NCBI RefSeq assembly: GCF_031769215.1
Contig: NW_026782359.1
Location: forward strand, 310,001-374,000
Direction of reading: 5' to 3'
DNA length: 64,000 nt
From: Ylistrum balloti
Lineage: Eukaryota
In this document: positions 51,836 through 64,000 of the stretch, in pieces
How the letters are laid out: the number at the start of each line of letters is the position of its first letter
Numbering within the stretch: the first letter of the stretch is position 1
Program-made: the position numbers and the translations under genes
Notes under the pieces: generated by a model
What the model was told of the DNA's origin: nothing
Databases searched by the model: none
What the model saw: the letters and a program-made list of their open reading frames with translations, nothing else

Positions 51836-54800
51836 CCTTGCAGCGCGAACACGCACATAGCGGATCGACCCTATTTCAGAGTTAACAGATGACAGGTAAC
51901 TTTTTGTGGAGGGAGTGGATCGACTGATGCTTCGATATGTCCGTAAATTACATAAATTATCTCGTCCGGATAACGCTGACCATGTTGAGTATGATTTCCG
52001 ACAACTCTGACTTCCCTCTTCCCTTGTGCGAATCTTAATCCTTTACGATAATCTGCAATACATAGCTCGGCTAGTTAAAATATGGACAACATACTTGCTG
52101 TGAGGTGTAGCAAAGGCAGCTGTCGTGGCTAAATATACATTGACTTCAACAGCATTCATCTATGTTATAATTTCCGTTCAAGCGTTGGTTCACGAATTAT
52201 TCCTGGATTCACCATTCAGAAAACAAACGTTTCAAACTAAACAAAACAACAGAGTTGTTTTACATATTTGGAATCTCTTACAAGGGATTATCGTTCCTCC
52301 TACTGCAAACATACCATTTGTCGCAATCAAAAATTAACTCATTGTCTCTATTGGGCAAATTGAAAAATGAAAAATTGCTGAAACAAACAAAAATAAAACA
52401 AAACAAAAAACAAAAAAAAACTACAATTATCCCAAGCATAAATGGGAGTAAGAGATAAGGAATATTGATTACCTTGCTTGTTATATACATAATTCCAACG
52501 TATTCATAATGTAAACACTTGCTATCATGTTTGTCGAACAACAGACAAAGCATAACACTCTTCAACAAAGCACATAGAAAGTTTTGTTGCCAATGATGTT
52601 TATTTCTTTATTGTAAAAGTTATGAAGGTATACCTAGTTTTCAATTTAATGCTTATTTTCTTATGTTGCTACTTTTTTAATTACTATTCATTAAATAATT
52701 TTGATTGATAATCCTTAGCTTGAACATAAGTAGAAATAGGGTCCAATAAGATTTAATAGGATGCCTTTGGTATGTAAATTAATGATGATAATAAGAATAT
52801 TTTTCTGATACTTCGACGGCCTCCCATAAGTTGCATGACAAGCTTATTGTATGCTTCGTACTCTTCAGCCACTCCTTGACGATTAACGTTTACCGGTGAT
52901 ATCATTAAAACGCTTGTAACAGTAGCTAAAACCTCAACATACTATGATAATGTCTTGAAGAGACCTTGAAATTATGTCTGATTATATTTCAATTGCAGAA
53001 GAATGCTGACAAAACACACAAAATTCAAAATGACACTTAAATAAGATATAATTTTCATGTTTGAAAATCGATGGGATGACCTGCTCATAGTTTTTCGTAA
53101 ATTTCTGTTAATTAATGCAGAAAGGCTCGTTTCATATTCAATTGGGAGCCCAGACTCCAATACCTTCAATAATATCTAAGTAAAATAATGCTTATTACAC
53201 TGTAAACGTCTCTAATTTAACATTGAAAGATGTTTTGGTATCTACATACGCTAAGCCACTATGGGTACATGTGATATGAAAGTACATATGAAGTGTTACA
53301 AATTCGTTAAGTACACAGACATTAGGAGAGTATGTAGACTATTGGTGGGTTTCCTGTCTACTTTTATTCATAATACAGTTAAACACGTTAATTTAAACTA
53401 GTCACGGACCAGTATACGGTTTCTTCTACAACCTTAGATAAATCCGATTGGCTACTTCCTCTATACTTTAAATTACAAGACAGTGTTAAACACCTACTGG
53501 ATTTGATATTGCTGTCGCCTTAACAGCTAGAAAACCACAAACGAAATATCATCATGTCGTCAAAATTTTATTTTCTGAGTCAAAATATAAACAAGGGAAA
53601 AAAACTTTCTCGGATACTCCCTGAAAAATACAAGGATGATAAGACCAAGTGTTCCTTAAACGTAATCTCTTTCTATTTCTTCGTTAACCCAAGTAAGTGA
53701 TGTCATGTTTGACTCGTTATGTTGTTTTATGAAAGATGGAATATCGCTATCTAGATACTGGATATTCATAATAGGGAATTATGTCATCACGTTAGCAGAA
53801 ATCTGTTCTGTTGATGACGCTGTGGAGAGATGTTGGTAGGAAGCTGATTGATAAGAATGTGTCGTATCCCTGATTGCCGGTTTTGATGGGGATTGATTTT
53901 TACAATATTAATAAGTCTTTTTATGATAAATAAAAGACATTATCAAGATATATAAAAGTAAAATAAAAAGACTGTAGAGAGTTACAGTTTGTTTTCATGA
54001 GTATGCCGATGGTCTGTTGGATGATTTATCACTCAACGAAGATACAGAAGAACCATAAACTCGATCATTTTCATGTTATAATTATCAGTATATTTCATTT
54101 TTCAGTTGAGATTTACTTTTCTCCGAATATACTTGTACCATATTTTTGTAAAAGGACGGAATTGAAATTCAATGAAAGTATGCCTCCCTTTCTCTATCGC
54201 TCATGAAATTAATTTGAATTAAACAAAATAAATATTCTATATACAAGTATCTTGCCATCGACATGGCAGTCTTCACTAAGACAGCCACACAGCAACAGAA
54301 TGAGACATCTTGTTCGTTGAAACACAAAGTTTATTAAAACTCGATCGTTTTCCCGAATGAATTTCGATCAAATTAGTTTGTATGGTAACTTAATTATCAA
54401 GGACCTGGTCGACACGGATTCTTCCCTTGGGCTGTCATTAGTATGCTTTTTGTAAATGAAGTAGTCAATTAGTCGTTTTGCATTATAACTCAATTGTGAT
54501 ATTATTATTGGCATTTTATGTGTTAATGAATGTGTAATTGATCGACTTACTGACGACTACCACAATTGAACCATACTCAATCTTTCCAATATTGATGCGT
54601 AATCTAGTTTTTGGCACTGTTATGCCGTGTTTCTCTGCCCTTAACAACATTGTGTAAAATAACCATTAATGTATCCTGTAGGAAAATGAAATATGCCTTC
54701 CATCCAAGCTTCAGATAATATGTACGAAGCTTATGATTCGGAGAGCCAATAAAGAGGATTTTTAGGATAGGAATGTTACGTACTTTTGACATCATCATGT

Positions 54801-56614
54801 TGTAAAATTACAATATAAATGGCCTTGTGTCATTCAAAACAAGACATCTGGAATGATATAGACACACTAGTCGAAAGACCTTTTTTCCCCCCTTATCTTA
54901 CGGTAACTAAATTTTAAAACGGTTTTTAACAACTAATGACTATGTACCCAGCAGTCCGAAAAGAAACTCTAGGACTTCATACTTATCATGGTTAAACCCC
55001 TTACTACGATTCCGGTCGTTCGAATAGTAATCCGGATCATCTTCTACATTTAGGTTGTTATATCTAAAACCACAATTAATGACACATTTGTAATATAAGC
55101 TTAATAACTATCAAATATTGTTCGACCTCAAAACCAATACATATTATAAATAGTATGTCCAGCATTACATTGTAGCTTTTTTATGAACATTTTATGATAC
55201 ATCATGTAAGGCGCGACAAAATGAAAACAAAACAAAAGCATAAAGCGGTGATAGAACAAGATGTCAGTTAACGATAAATTGCATCCGTCATATTGTCGGT
55301 CAGAAGACAATTTCTACCGAAAGGTCGTTGCACTGTTGAATAGCGCTTACAAACAGATGACTTGATAGAGCCCATGACATTGCAGTTGAATAGATCAATT
55401 AAAATTTCTATCGTATGGAGTCACCGTAGGCGATATAGTACGATTTGCTGCTGTTTGTGCTTTGCCATAGTAAATGAAATACAGGATGTTGTTTACCTAT
55501 TTTTAAATGCCTATCATGCTTCATGTATTTGATGAGCTACATCCGTTCCTTTGCTTGATAAGAAATGACAATCACAGATCTCGCGAAAACAGGAAAAGAT
55601 CCAGTTCATCAACTATTTTTCCTCAAAACTCTTTTGCAAATGATGACAGTCTTTTGAAGTTGGCGTCTATTTACAATTATGAAATTGATTAAATCATTGG
55701 TTCGCGATGCCACAAACCTTCAATCTCTTCTATATTTGATATTTATTAGGATTAGGTTTGATTTTCCTCAGTCGTCTTTGATATTTCAACACCAAGTATC
55801 AATGACATGTCCCAGAAGGCCATATCAGTTTTGTTGCGGTTTAACAATTCTAAAGATTGTATTTAATGGCGCTATTTTGTCGTGTGTATGAAATACAATA
55901 CATACCATTATGTAATGAATTCAGACGTGTCCATGGAGTGGCCATAAAGTGGGTATGCAGATGTTATGAAGTGTCAATGAAGTAGCTATGGAGTCGGTAT
56001 GAAGTGGCTGTGTAGTTTGCTGCATTATGATTTAAAATGGCCAAAATGTATACATGTTCCACCCTATCGAAACCTTTTACTAAAACACCATCCATTTTAA
56101 CGTTCTCTTTCATTTTAGATATACATTAATACTTTATAGAATGATCTGTAGAGACTTAAACTATCATTGTTCTAAAATAATCAGATATATGTATCTTATT
56201 CTACATGAAAGGCGTTGTTCACTCGTTGGTCTTCTGTACAGTCGGAATCACCAACGTGTACTCATCGATATTTCTGGGAGCAAAACATTTCATTCTCGAA
56301 ACAAATGCATCACTGTCTCGTGTTTGTCAATCGTGTAATGCTGGAGGACAAAAGAAATAGATAAACATGTGCCCAGACACAAACAAGACATAGGACAGAC
56401 ACTGAAACATGCTCAAGAGAATAAAACAGCGTCGTCAAGTAACCCAGGACTAGCTCAGCTTACAGGGGGTTTCGTCAGAGTGTTTTCTCTTTATATAGCG
56501 GAAACATTATATTATTATATTATATACTACATAAATTTTATTACTAATAAATACAAATAGCAAGGTGCAAGTTTCCTTATGAACATACAAAAAGACATTG
56601 CAAACTCCTTTGCA

Positions 56615-56790
56615 TCGGCCCCTTATCTCGATCTTCTCCTACAACGAAACCAACATGATCAGCTTTCCACCAAGCTGTAATCAGCGTGATGATTCCAATT
56701 TCTCTATCGTGAATTTTCTCTTTCTGGATAGCAACACTCCCCACGGTGTCGTCGATGAGCAGAAGACGCTTACTCATTCGTAACACACTT
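56615..56790 (+). mobile_element. Penelope-like RT fossil, copy 1
   Basis: SAPYLDLLLQRNQHDQLSTKL, then after a frameshift QRDDSNFSIVNFLFLDSNTP. This matches the PLE motif ASYLDL...KLYDKRDDFNFSIVNFPFL.SNIP. An internal deletion then precedes GAGCAGAAGACGCTTACTC. Confidence 0.7.
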
Positions 56791-57149
56791 TGTGTTACAG
56801 GCCTTTTATTTTGTCAGGATTTTCCGTGTAAATGTATCTTTTGTTCATATTTTGCTCAATTTTACTTAATATTAATTTGGATTATGGTTATGTTGACTTG
56901 TTGATATTTTCTTGTTTTGTTTTTATATACAGTTCATGATTTTGTCGGTGTTTTGCCTGTTTATTTGTAAATTCGGGATAATATTGATGGTACTATGCAC
57001 CATTACTTGTAAACCACGTACGATACTGAAAGTTTTGTGCGTTGTTACTTGAAAACTCCGTACGATATTGATGGTGTTGTGCGTCTTTGCGTTAAAATTA
57101 CGTATGATACTTGTGTTGTGTGTCCTTATGTTACATCTCCATAATAGTA

Positions 57150-57790
57150 CTGATGGTGCAGGACTATCCCATCAGACAAAAAGCCCTGGAGAACTGTATG
57201 TTACTGGTAATTAAACAATTATCCCACCAGACAGATCACCCAGGAGGACTGTCTTGTACTGGTAACGAAAAAAACTACCAAACCAGACAGATAGCCCGTG
57301 AGGACTAATCAGATAGACCTGGAGGACTCTACGTTAATAGTAAAGAAGCAACAACCCTACCAGACAGATAGCCCTAGAGGACTGTTTTAACTCGTAAAAC
57401 AACTACCCTACCAGACAGATAGCCCGTGAGGACTGTTTTAACTCGTAAAACAACTACCCTACCAGACAGATAGCCCGTGAGGACTGTTTTAACTCGTAAA
57501 ACAACTACCCTACCAGACAGATAGCCCTAGAGGACTGTTTTAACTCGTAAAACAACTACCCTACAAGACAGATAGCCCTAGAGGACTGTTTTAACTCGTA
57601 AAACTACCTCATCAGACAGATAGCCCTGTATGGCTGTATGTTGTCGGTAACCATGTCCATCTGTCCTATTATACAGATAGCCCAGGAGAACTAGGCAAAT
57701 AGTCCTGGATGACTATCTTGTACTGGTAAAGAAACAGCTACCCCACCTGACACACAGCTCAGGAGGACTGTATTGTACTAGTAAACAAAA
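57150..57790. repeat. ~51-bp tandem array with five near-identical central units
   Basis: ACCCTACCAGACAGATAGCCC(G/T)(T/A)GAGGACTGTTTTAACTCGTAAAACAACT starts at 57354, 57405, 57456, 57507 and 57558, with degenerate units on both sides. Confidence 0.93.
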
Positions 57791-59466
57791 AATACCCAAC
57801 AGCAAACTAAAGAATATTTCTTTAGAGATACTATTTATGCCAAGTAGGTTTGTATGATTTCCTAGCAGGTTTGAGCAGTATAAGAAATCATTCATCATCT
57901 TTGTCTTTTTTTAGTAATAGCGAGTTATGCTTGATGGTAAGAAAAATGAACAAAAAGCCATATTTTCAGCTTTACTATCAGGATGTAAACGTTGGACTAT
58001 ATTACACTACATTGGTGTCTCTATCTATTTGCATATATATCACGTGAAGATAAATGTTAACCTCCTGCTTTGATCTTCACGCAGGATTAGCAGGTTTAAG
58101 GCAACAATTTTCAATCATTCATTCTCAGTGGTTGATCTCTTATATTCCTTTCTTCAAAATGGCATGTTCAAAGTTAAAATAGAGGTAATTCAATATCCAA
58201 GGGTCCACTAAATATACCTTGGTTTCACTAATAGATACAGATATCGACTGCTGGTGGTGACGCAAAACAAGATTTCGAGAAATGCAAGTAGATTGAAAAT
58301 AAATTGATAAAAGTGATTTGTGATTTATTTTAATCATGCCCTCGAACATGACATTGCAGTTGAATAGATCAATTAAAATTTCTATCGTATGGAGAGACCG
58401 TAGGCGAAATCATTCGATTTTCTGCTGTTTGTGCTTTGCTATAACGAATGAAATACAGGATGTTGTTTACATATGTATAAATGCCTATCATGCCTTGTGT
58501 TATTGGAGAGCAACATCTTTCCTCTGCTTGACAAGAAATGGCAATCACAGATCTCGCGAAACAAAGGAAAATATCCAGTTCATCAACTTTTTTCCTTGAA
58601 AACTCTTTTGCGAATGATTAAAGTCTTTTGAAATCGTCCTCTATTTACACTTATTAAATTGATTAAATCATGGGTTCGTGATGCCACAAACATTCAATTT
58701 CTTCTACATTTCATATTTCTCTGGATTAGGTTTGATTTTCCTCAGTCGTCTTCGATATTTCAACACCAAGCATCAATGACAGGTCCCAGAAGTCCACATC
58801 AGTTTTGTTGCGATTCAATAATTCTAAAATTGTATTTATATTCATTCATGTGTATTAAATACAATACATACCATTATGTAATGAATTCAGAAGTGGCCAT
58901 GGAGTGGCCATAAAGTGGATATGAAGTAGATGTGAAGTAGTTATGAAATAATCAGATATATGTATCCTATTCTTTATGCAAATTAATATAGATAGGTGTT
59001 TTCACTTGTTTGTCTTTTGTACAGTCTTTGTAATTGCGGAATCACCAATGTGTACTATCGTTATTACTGGCAGCAAAACAAATGCATCACTGTCTCATGT
59101 GTATCAATCGTGTAATGCCGGAGGACAACACAAATAGACAAACAGGTGCCCAGACACAAACAAGACATAAGACAGACACTGAAACATGCTCAAGAGTACA
59201 AAACAGCGTCGTCAAGTGACTCTCAACATGCTCAGCTTACAGAGGGTTTCGTCTGCCTTATTTCTTTTTATATAGCGGAAAACTTAAGTAAAGTATTATA
59301 TACTACATAGATTTTAAACTATTACTTATAAATTGCTTTTCACAAATAATGAGATGATGAACCATATGTACATTTCCTCATGTTCTTATCCTGAAAACGT
59401 TTAAAGTCGTTGTGCATCTTTATCTGAAAAAAAAAAATAAAAAAAACCATTACGGACGCATTTGCA

Positions 59467-59900
59467 TCCGCCCCTTATCTCGATCTTTTCCTACAACGAA
59501 ACCAACATGCACAGCATTCCACCAAGCTACGTGATAAACGTGATGATTCCAATTTCTCTATTGTGTGTGATTTTCTGTTTCTGGATAGCAACACCCTGCA
59601 TCCCCAACCTATGGTGTTACATGTCGCAGTTGAGCCTGTTAAAATAATTTCACGATTTTCGGGGAAGGAGTTGTCAATTAATAAACAAACTCGCAACACA
59701 GAGTTTCAAGTGATGCAGCTAAATGGTTTTAACAGTCGTTACTGTGATCTCATAGAGAAAAATTATATTTTTTATGCGATATAAAGCCGGATGTGCTTGA
59801 TGCTCGATAGTTTGCTTCAGTTTTTGACTGGTTGACCAAGGTTTACATAGTTGATGTCGTCGATGAGCAGAAGAATCTTACTTATCCGAAACTCACTTTG
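59467..59900 (+). mobile_element. Penelope-like RT fossil, copy 2 (more complete)
   Basis: SAPYLDLFLQ...TKLRDKRDDSNFSIV, DSNT/PASPTYGV, MSQL, HDFRGRSCQLINKLATQSFK and RYCDLIEK follow the PLE RT thumb region SNIP.SPAYGVYISQLIRY...DF..R...L.NKL..QGF...GRY.DL..KY. Confidence 0.75.
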
Positions 59901-59999
59901 CCTTTCTATCCTTGTATTTTTCAGGAGTCTCCGTGTAAATGTAACTTTTGCTCTATGTTGACGTGTTGATATTTTCTCGTTTTATTTTTGTTACCAACA

Positions 60000-60240
60000 G
60001 TTAACCTTGGATGACTGTATGTTACTGGTAAAAAGAAACAGTTATCTCACTAGACAGACAACCTTGGACGACTGTTTGTTATTGGTAAAGAAACAACTAC
60101 CCAGACAATCCTGGACGACTGTCTTCTACTGGTTAAGAAACAACTGCCCTACTAAACAGATAGCCATATGGGACTGTTTTGTACTGATAAAAAAATAACT
60201 TGTACTAGTTTAGAATTAACTGTCCAACCAAACAGAACCG
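60000..60240. repeat. Degenerate paralogous copy of the 51-bp array
   Basis: CCTTGGATGACTGTATGTTACTGGTAAA...CAGACA units sit at the position equivalent to 57150-57790 in duplication unit 2. Confidence 0.8.
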
Positions 60241-62891
60241 AAGACTGTAATTTTCAAATTATCCTCCTTTTTATGGTAGTTCTTAATACAGTTTACTTTT
60301 AAATCTTTGGTACTAAATACTAATTATTTGGAAGAATTAATTGGATCTAAAGCATGGAATTTTGTATATATTTACCCATATGTATTTTGCATTCAGTGAT
60401 GAATTGCCAGTGTGTTGTGCACATGGATAAATGATGAGTAACTTCATTTATACTACCTATTCATTGATGATAAAATAGCAACACTATTTATCAATTTAAA
60501 CTATTTACCTGAACAAACACAAATGTGAAAATAATATTCTATGTAAATTGTCCTAAAATGTCGGAATACTTTCTCAGGAATTGAACAACTAGTCAGCTGT
60601 CATACACAGAGAGTTACTTCCCTTTACCAAATGAATTCTTCATGTTAATATTGAATGTTAGTGCTGTTGTTTTTCAACGGTTCGTATATGGAGAGGGCCT
60701 AGATAGACTTTGCCTTATATCCTATTGTATTGACTTGTTTTCCTGTCTATAAAATATACTGAAATGGGAGATCAAATTTGATTTGCATTTGAAGATATTT
60801 TGATCTTACGTATGTGCCAATTTCATCACACAAATGACATTCGTTTTAACGCCGTATAGCTTCCAAACTTAAGAAAATATTTTTTAAGTCAAAAGATTAT
60901 TCATCAGAGAAAGATGTGCGATAACTCTTTACAAAAAAACAAGCAAATAGAAAGTGAAAAAGGAAAAAACAAATTTACTGGACCGTTAAACATTCCCCTC
61001 AAACTACCAACGCAATAAACACTAGAATAATTCGTTTTACCGTACCATGTCTTACTGCAGATGAAGAATTACATGTGCTTTTTTCCACTTACTCCGATCT
61101 GTACTTCCAAGACATGCAAAGTTAAACGATGAACAGATACGTTTAAATGCGAAACTATCACAGCCCTTTTCTTCTGTATTTACTTTCACTATATCTCATA
61201 CTAAGCTAAAAGAACGTTTCAGAACCAAAGAATGTTTTTAAAGAAACTAAATAATGATATAACTTCAAGCTATCTTAGAATATAATCTGTTGAAAGAACA
61301 GCAAAGCCTAGAGGAAATATACAGAGGATTAAATTGAGATAACAAATATTTCTTTAGAGATACTATCTACGCCAAGTAGGTTTATATGATTTCCCAGCAG
61401 GTTTGAGCAGTACAGGAAATCATTCTTCATCTTTGTCTTTTTAGTAATAAAGAAAAGGGAACAGAATACCGTTTTTAGGATGTAAACGCTGGACTGTAAT
61501 AAACTACATTGGTACCTCTATCCATCTGCAAATATATCACGTGAAGATAAATATTAACCGCCTGCTTTGATCTTTACGTAGGGTTAGCAAGTTTAATGCA
61601 ACAATTTTTAATCATGCATTCTCAGTGGTTGATCTCGTATACTCCGTTCTTCAAAATGGCGTATTAAAAGTTAAAATAGAGGTAATTCAATATCCAAGGG
61701 CCCACTAAATATATCTCGGTTTCCCTAATAGATACAGATATCTACTGCTGGCGGTGACGCAAAACAGGATTTCGAGAGATGCAAGTAGATTGAAAATAGA
61801 TCTATAAAAGTGATTTGTTAAAATGATTTATAGTAATCATGCCCTCGAACATTTTCTTAATCAATAAAAAGTTCTTTTTACTCTGAAGGGTATAAGTTGA
61901 CTTCCCTGGCATCAGCCCTTTTCCTCACATATAAAATGTTACATGTACCTAATTTCTACACAGAACTTCATAACAAAATCACAATTACTTCAATCTGTAT
62001 TGCTAATGTTTTTGAGGTTAAAATAATCACATAACTTCCCCTTATCGACATTGTAATGTATATAGATAGGAATAGGACGAAGGAATATAGGGAACTGGGT
62101 TAACTTTGAGGTATACACCAACAGGAATCACTGCTTTAGCAAAACAAATCAACATGTCAACATAATCTTAATCCAATTCAATGCAAAAAGAGCAAAGTAT
62201 AAATAAAGGGCAGATCTAAATGGAAACTCTTGAAAAGTAAAAGAATAATAAGTTCGGGGGTTCCGCATATGAAACAAGGTATTACAATGACGGAATCAAT
62301 AGCAAACGCGAGTATCGAACTTTCAGTTTATATAGATATATATATACTGGAATAATACCGTGATCACAGCCTTTATTGATACTTTGAATATTGATTGAAG
62401 ATGATGACTTATCTATCGTTAAACTTGACCCTATCCTCCGTGATTTTCATAAAGAGGCTTAGTGTAAATGACAAACGAAAATATCACCGATCATTAGTCT
62501 CTAATATTTTCTCTGCACTACAACGGAGACGGCAATCAAACTATTTATTTTGAGGGTAGAAATCGGTTTATTACATTTTTATTATTATTTTTTACCCCTA
62601 CAAAGGTTTTTGTTAAATATAATTAAGATAATCAATTAAGGGTCTGTTATGGTTCGGAGTTATGGTGGGAGAACACCACTTTTGGTTAATCATGCAAATC
62701 ATATCACAGTAGGACATTGAGAAAGGTCCATTTATCCGAATGTCCCTCCGTTTATTCGTTACCATTACATCGAGGAAAATTCGTGACTTCTTGTATAATT
62801 AATGACTGTATTCATTATCCTATCTTAACCATATGAACTTGTTCTCAAGCAAACATTTTTAGAAATTTCGATGTCGAAATTTTTTACGAGT

Positions 62892-63466
62892 TATCATATT
62901 GATATTGGTGACATTTGTTTCATATCCAAAGACCTTCATGCCTGTCGTTGTGACGATTTGGTATTTGTCTAGTCAAAATGACTGGTTCCAGGAATAAAAT
63001 GTTATTTTATTGCGAGGAAAAGAGAAATGTAAACTTTCCACAAATTCCATCTTATCTCGTGATAATCATAGCGGCCGGACTTCTTACATCTACATTAATG
63101 ATATACATATTATTGTCACTTTGGAAGGTAAACTACACTTTTCTTGGCCAGAAATGGTCAGATATGGCCGGGATACTGTCAAAACTCCAGACGGCTGTTC
63201 CATCACAAAAAATAATCCTGATCTTCTATAAAACAAATAAATGGGATGATTGGAGTAGTTTAAGACACTTGTTACGGTCAAACACGGCTGTAATAAGATA
63301 ACATCAGTATTTGTATATAGAAACGTTTACATTCCTCTTTTCATCGCAATAAAATAACACTTCATTCCTGGAACCAGTCATTTTGGCTAGACACAGACCA
63401 CACAACAACAGACGTGATAGTCTTTGAACATGAAACAAATGGCACCAACAAATGTTCCAGATGATA
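62892..63466. mobile_element. Long inverted repeat (foldback/MITE-like, ~575 bp)
   Basis: Core arms 62966-63034 and 63325-63393 are reverse complements at 64 of 69 positions. Weaker complementarity extends out to TTGGTGACATTTGTTTCAT (62905) / ATGAAACAAATGGCACCAA (63448). No clear TSD identified. Confidence 0.8.
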
Positions 63467-64000
63467 GTTTACTATTGCAATCCACAACAAAACAACGGAC
63501 AGTTACAATCCCATTATCAGAGAGTTAGGCAAATGGACAGAACTTTATTGTGTTATATATCATTCGCAATGAAACATTTGTTTCACAAAATTAGCAGTTT
63601 GAGAAAAGGATATTAATATTTACTGGCAATAAAACAAGGAGATATAATTTTAAGACCAAAGATTAGATAAATAGAAATATTCATGATATCGAACATTGCC
63701 TGTCAGGTCTAAGTACGTACATATAATGTAAACAAACAGCCTATTCACATGTTTAGGGAAATTTTGTATGTAAACAACAACTCAGTCTAATTTGCTTTCC
63801 TGAATGTCATTGAAATCGACTATTTTAACAATTCTGAGTAATTTGGAATAAAAAGCAACAGACCTACCACTGTCATTAAAGAAGCCAACTCAAACACTAA
63901 TTTGTTTACATGCACGAGATAATTAATTCAGGAAAATTACATATCGTTGTGTAAAATGATTAAGGATCTTTCTGAAGCATGATTTTACAAATCAAGGCGC

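Larger units (their letters stand above)
55373..58346. repeat. Tandem segmental duplication, unit 1 (~3.0 kb)
   Basis: Colinear with 58347-61852. Anchors: ATGACATTGCAGTTGAATAGATCAATTAAAATTTCTATCGTATGGAG at 55374 and 58348, and ATATTTCTTTAGAGATACTAT at about 57815 and 61347. Both units end in TAATCATGCCCTCGAA(CAT). Confidence 0.92.
58347..61852. repeat. Tandem segmental duplication, unit 2 (~3.5 kb, includes ~1.1 kb of extra sequence)
   Basis: Same anchors as unit 1. About 60240-61340 has no counterpart in unit 1. The copies differ by many substitutions and indels, so the event is old. Confidence 0.92.

Noticed and set aside
59856-59900. Hammerhead ribozyme (CGATGAG...CGAAAC) near a PLE fragment
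   Set aside because: The core is not CTGATGA, stem II does not pair, and the paralogous copy reads CGTAAC. An Infernal search would settle it.

Overview
AT-rich metazoan genomic DNA, not prokaryotic. The SINE types and the receptor suggest a bivalve mollusc, which is an inference. Only one protein-coding sequence is supportable: an intronless 497-aa aminergic class A GPCR on the minus strand (2136-3629) with alpha2-adrenergic signature residues. The other ~60 kb upstream of it is non-coding. It holds a dense block of four unrelated tandem arrays at 15.5-27.5 kb (9, 46, 17 and 27/54-bp units) and further arrays of 52, 37, 28 and 51 bp. It also holds two tRNA-derived SINEs (one split by a TIR element with a target-site duplication), fossils of LINE and Penelope-like retroelements, a ~3 kb tandem segmental duplication with a 3-bp microhomology junction, and a long inverted repeat. 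Nearly all other ORFs in the track are repeat artefacts or noise. The most interesting hypothesis is regulatory. A TATA/Inr/donor module at ~51.6-51.8 kb and a cluster of RFX X-boxes with a donor at ~34 kb are both compatible with the receptor's strand. They could be distant non-coding first exons of the receptor gene, one possibly driving it in ciliated cells. No CRISPR array, rRNA or true tRNA gene was found, and I see no evidence for a novel multi-gene system. All family assignments were made by eye and need database confirmation.
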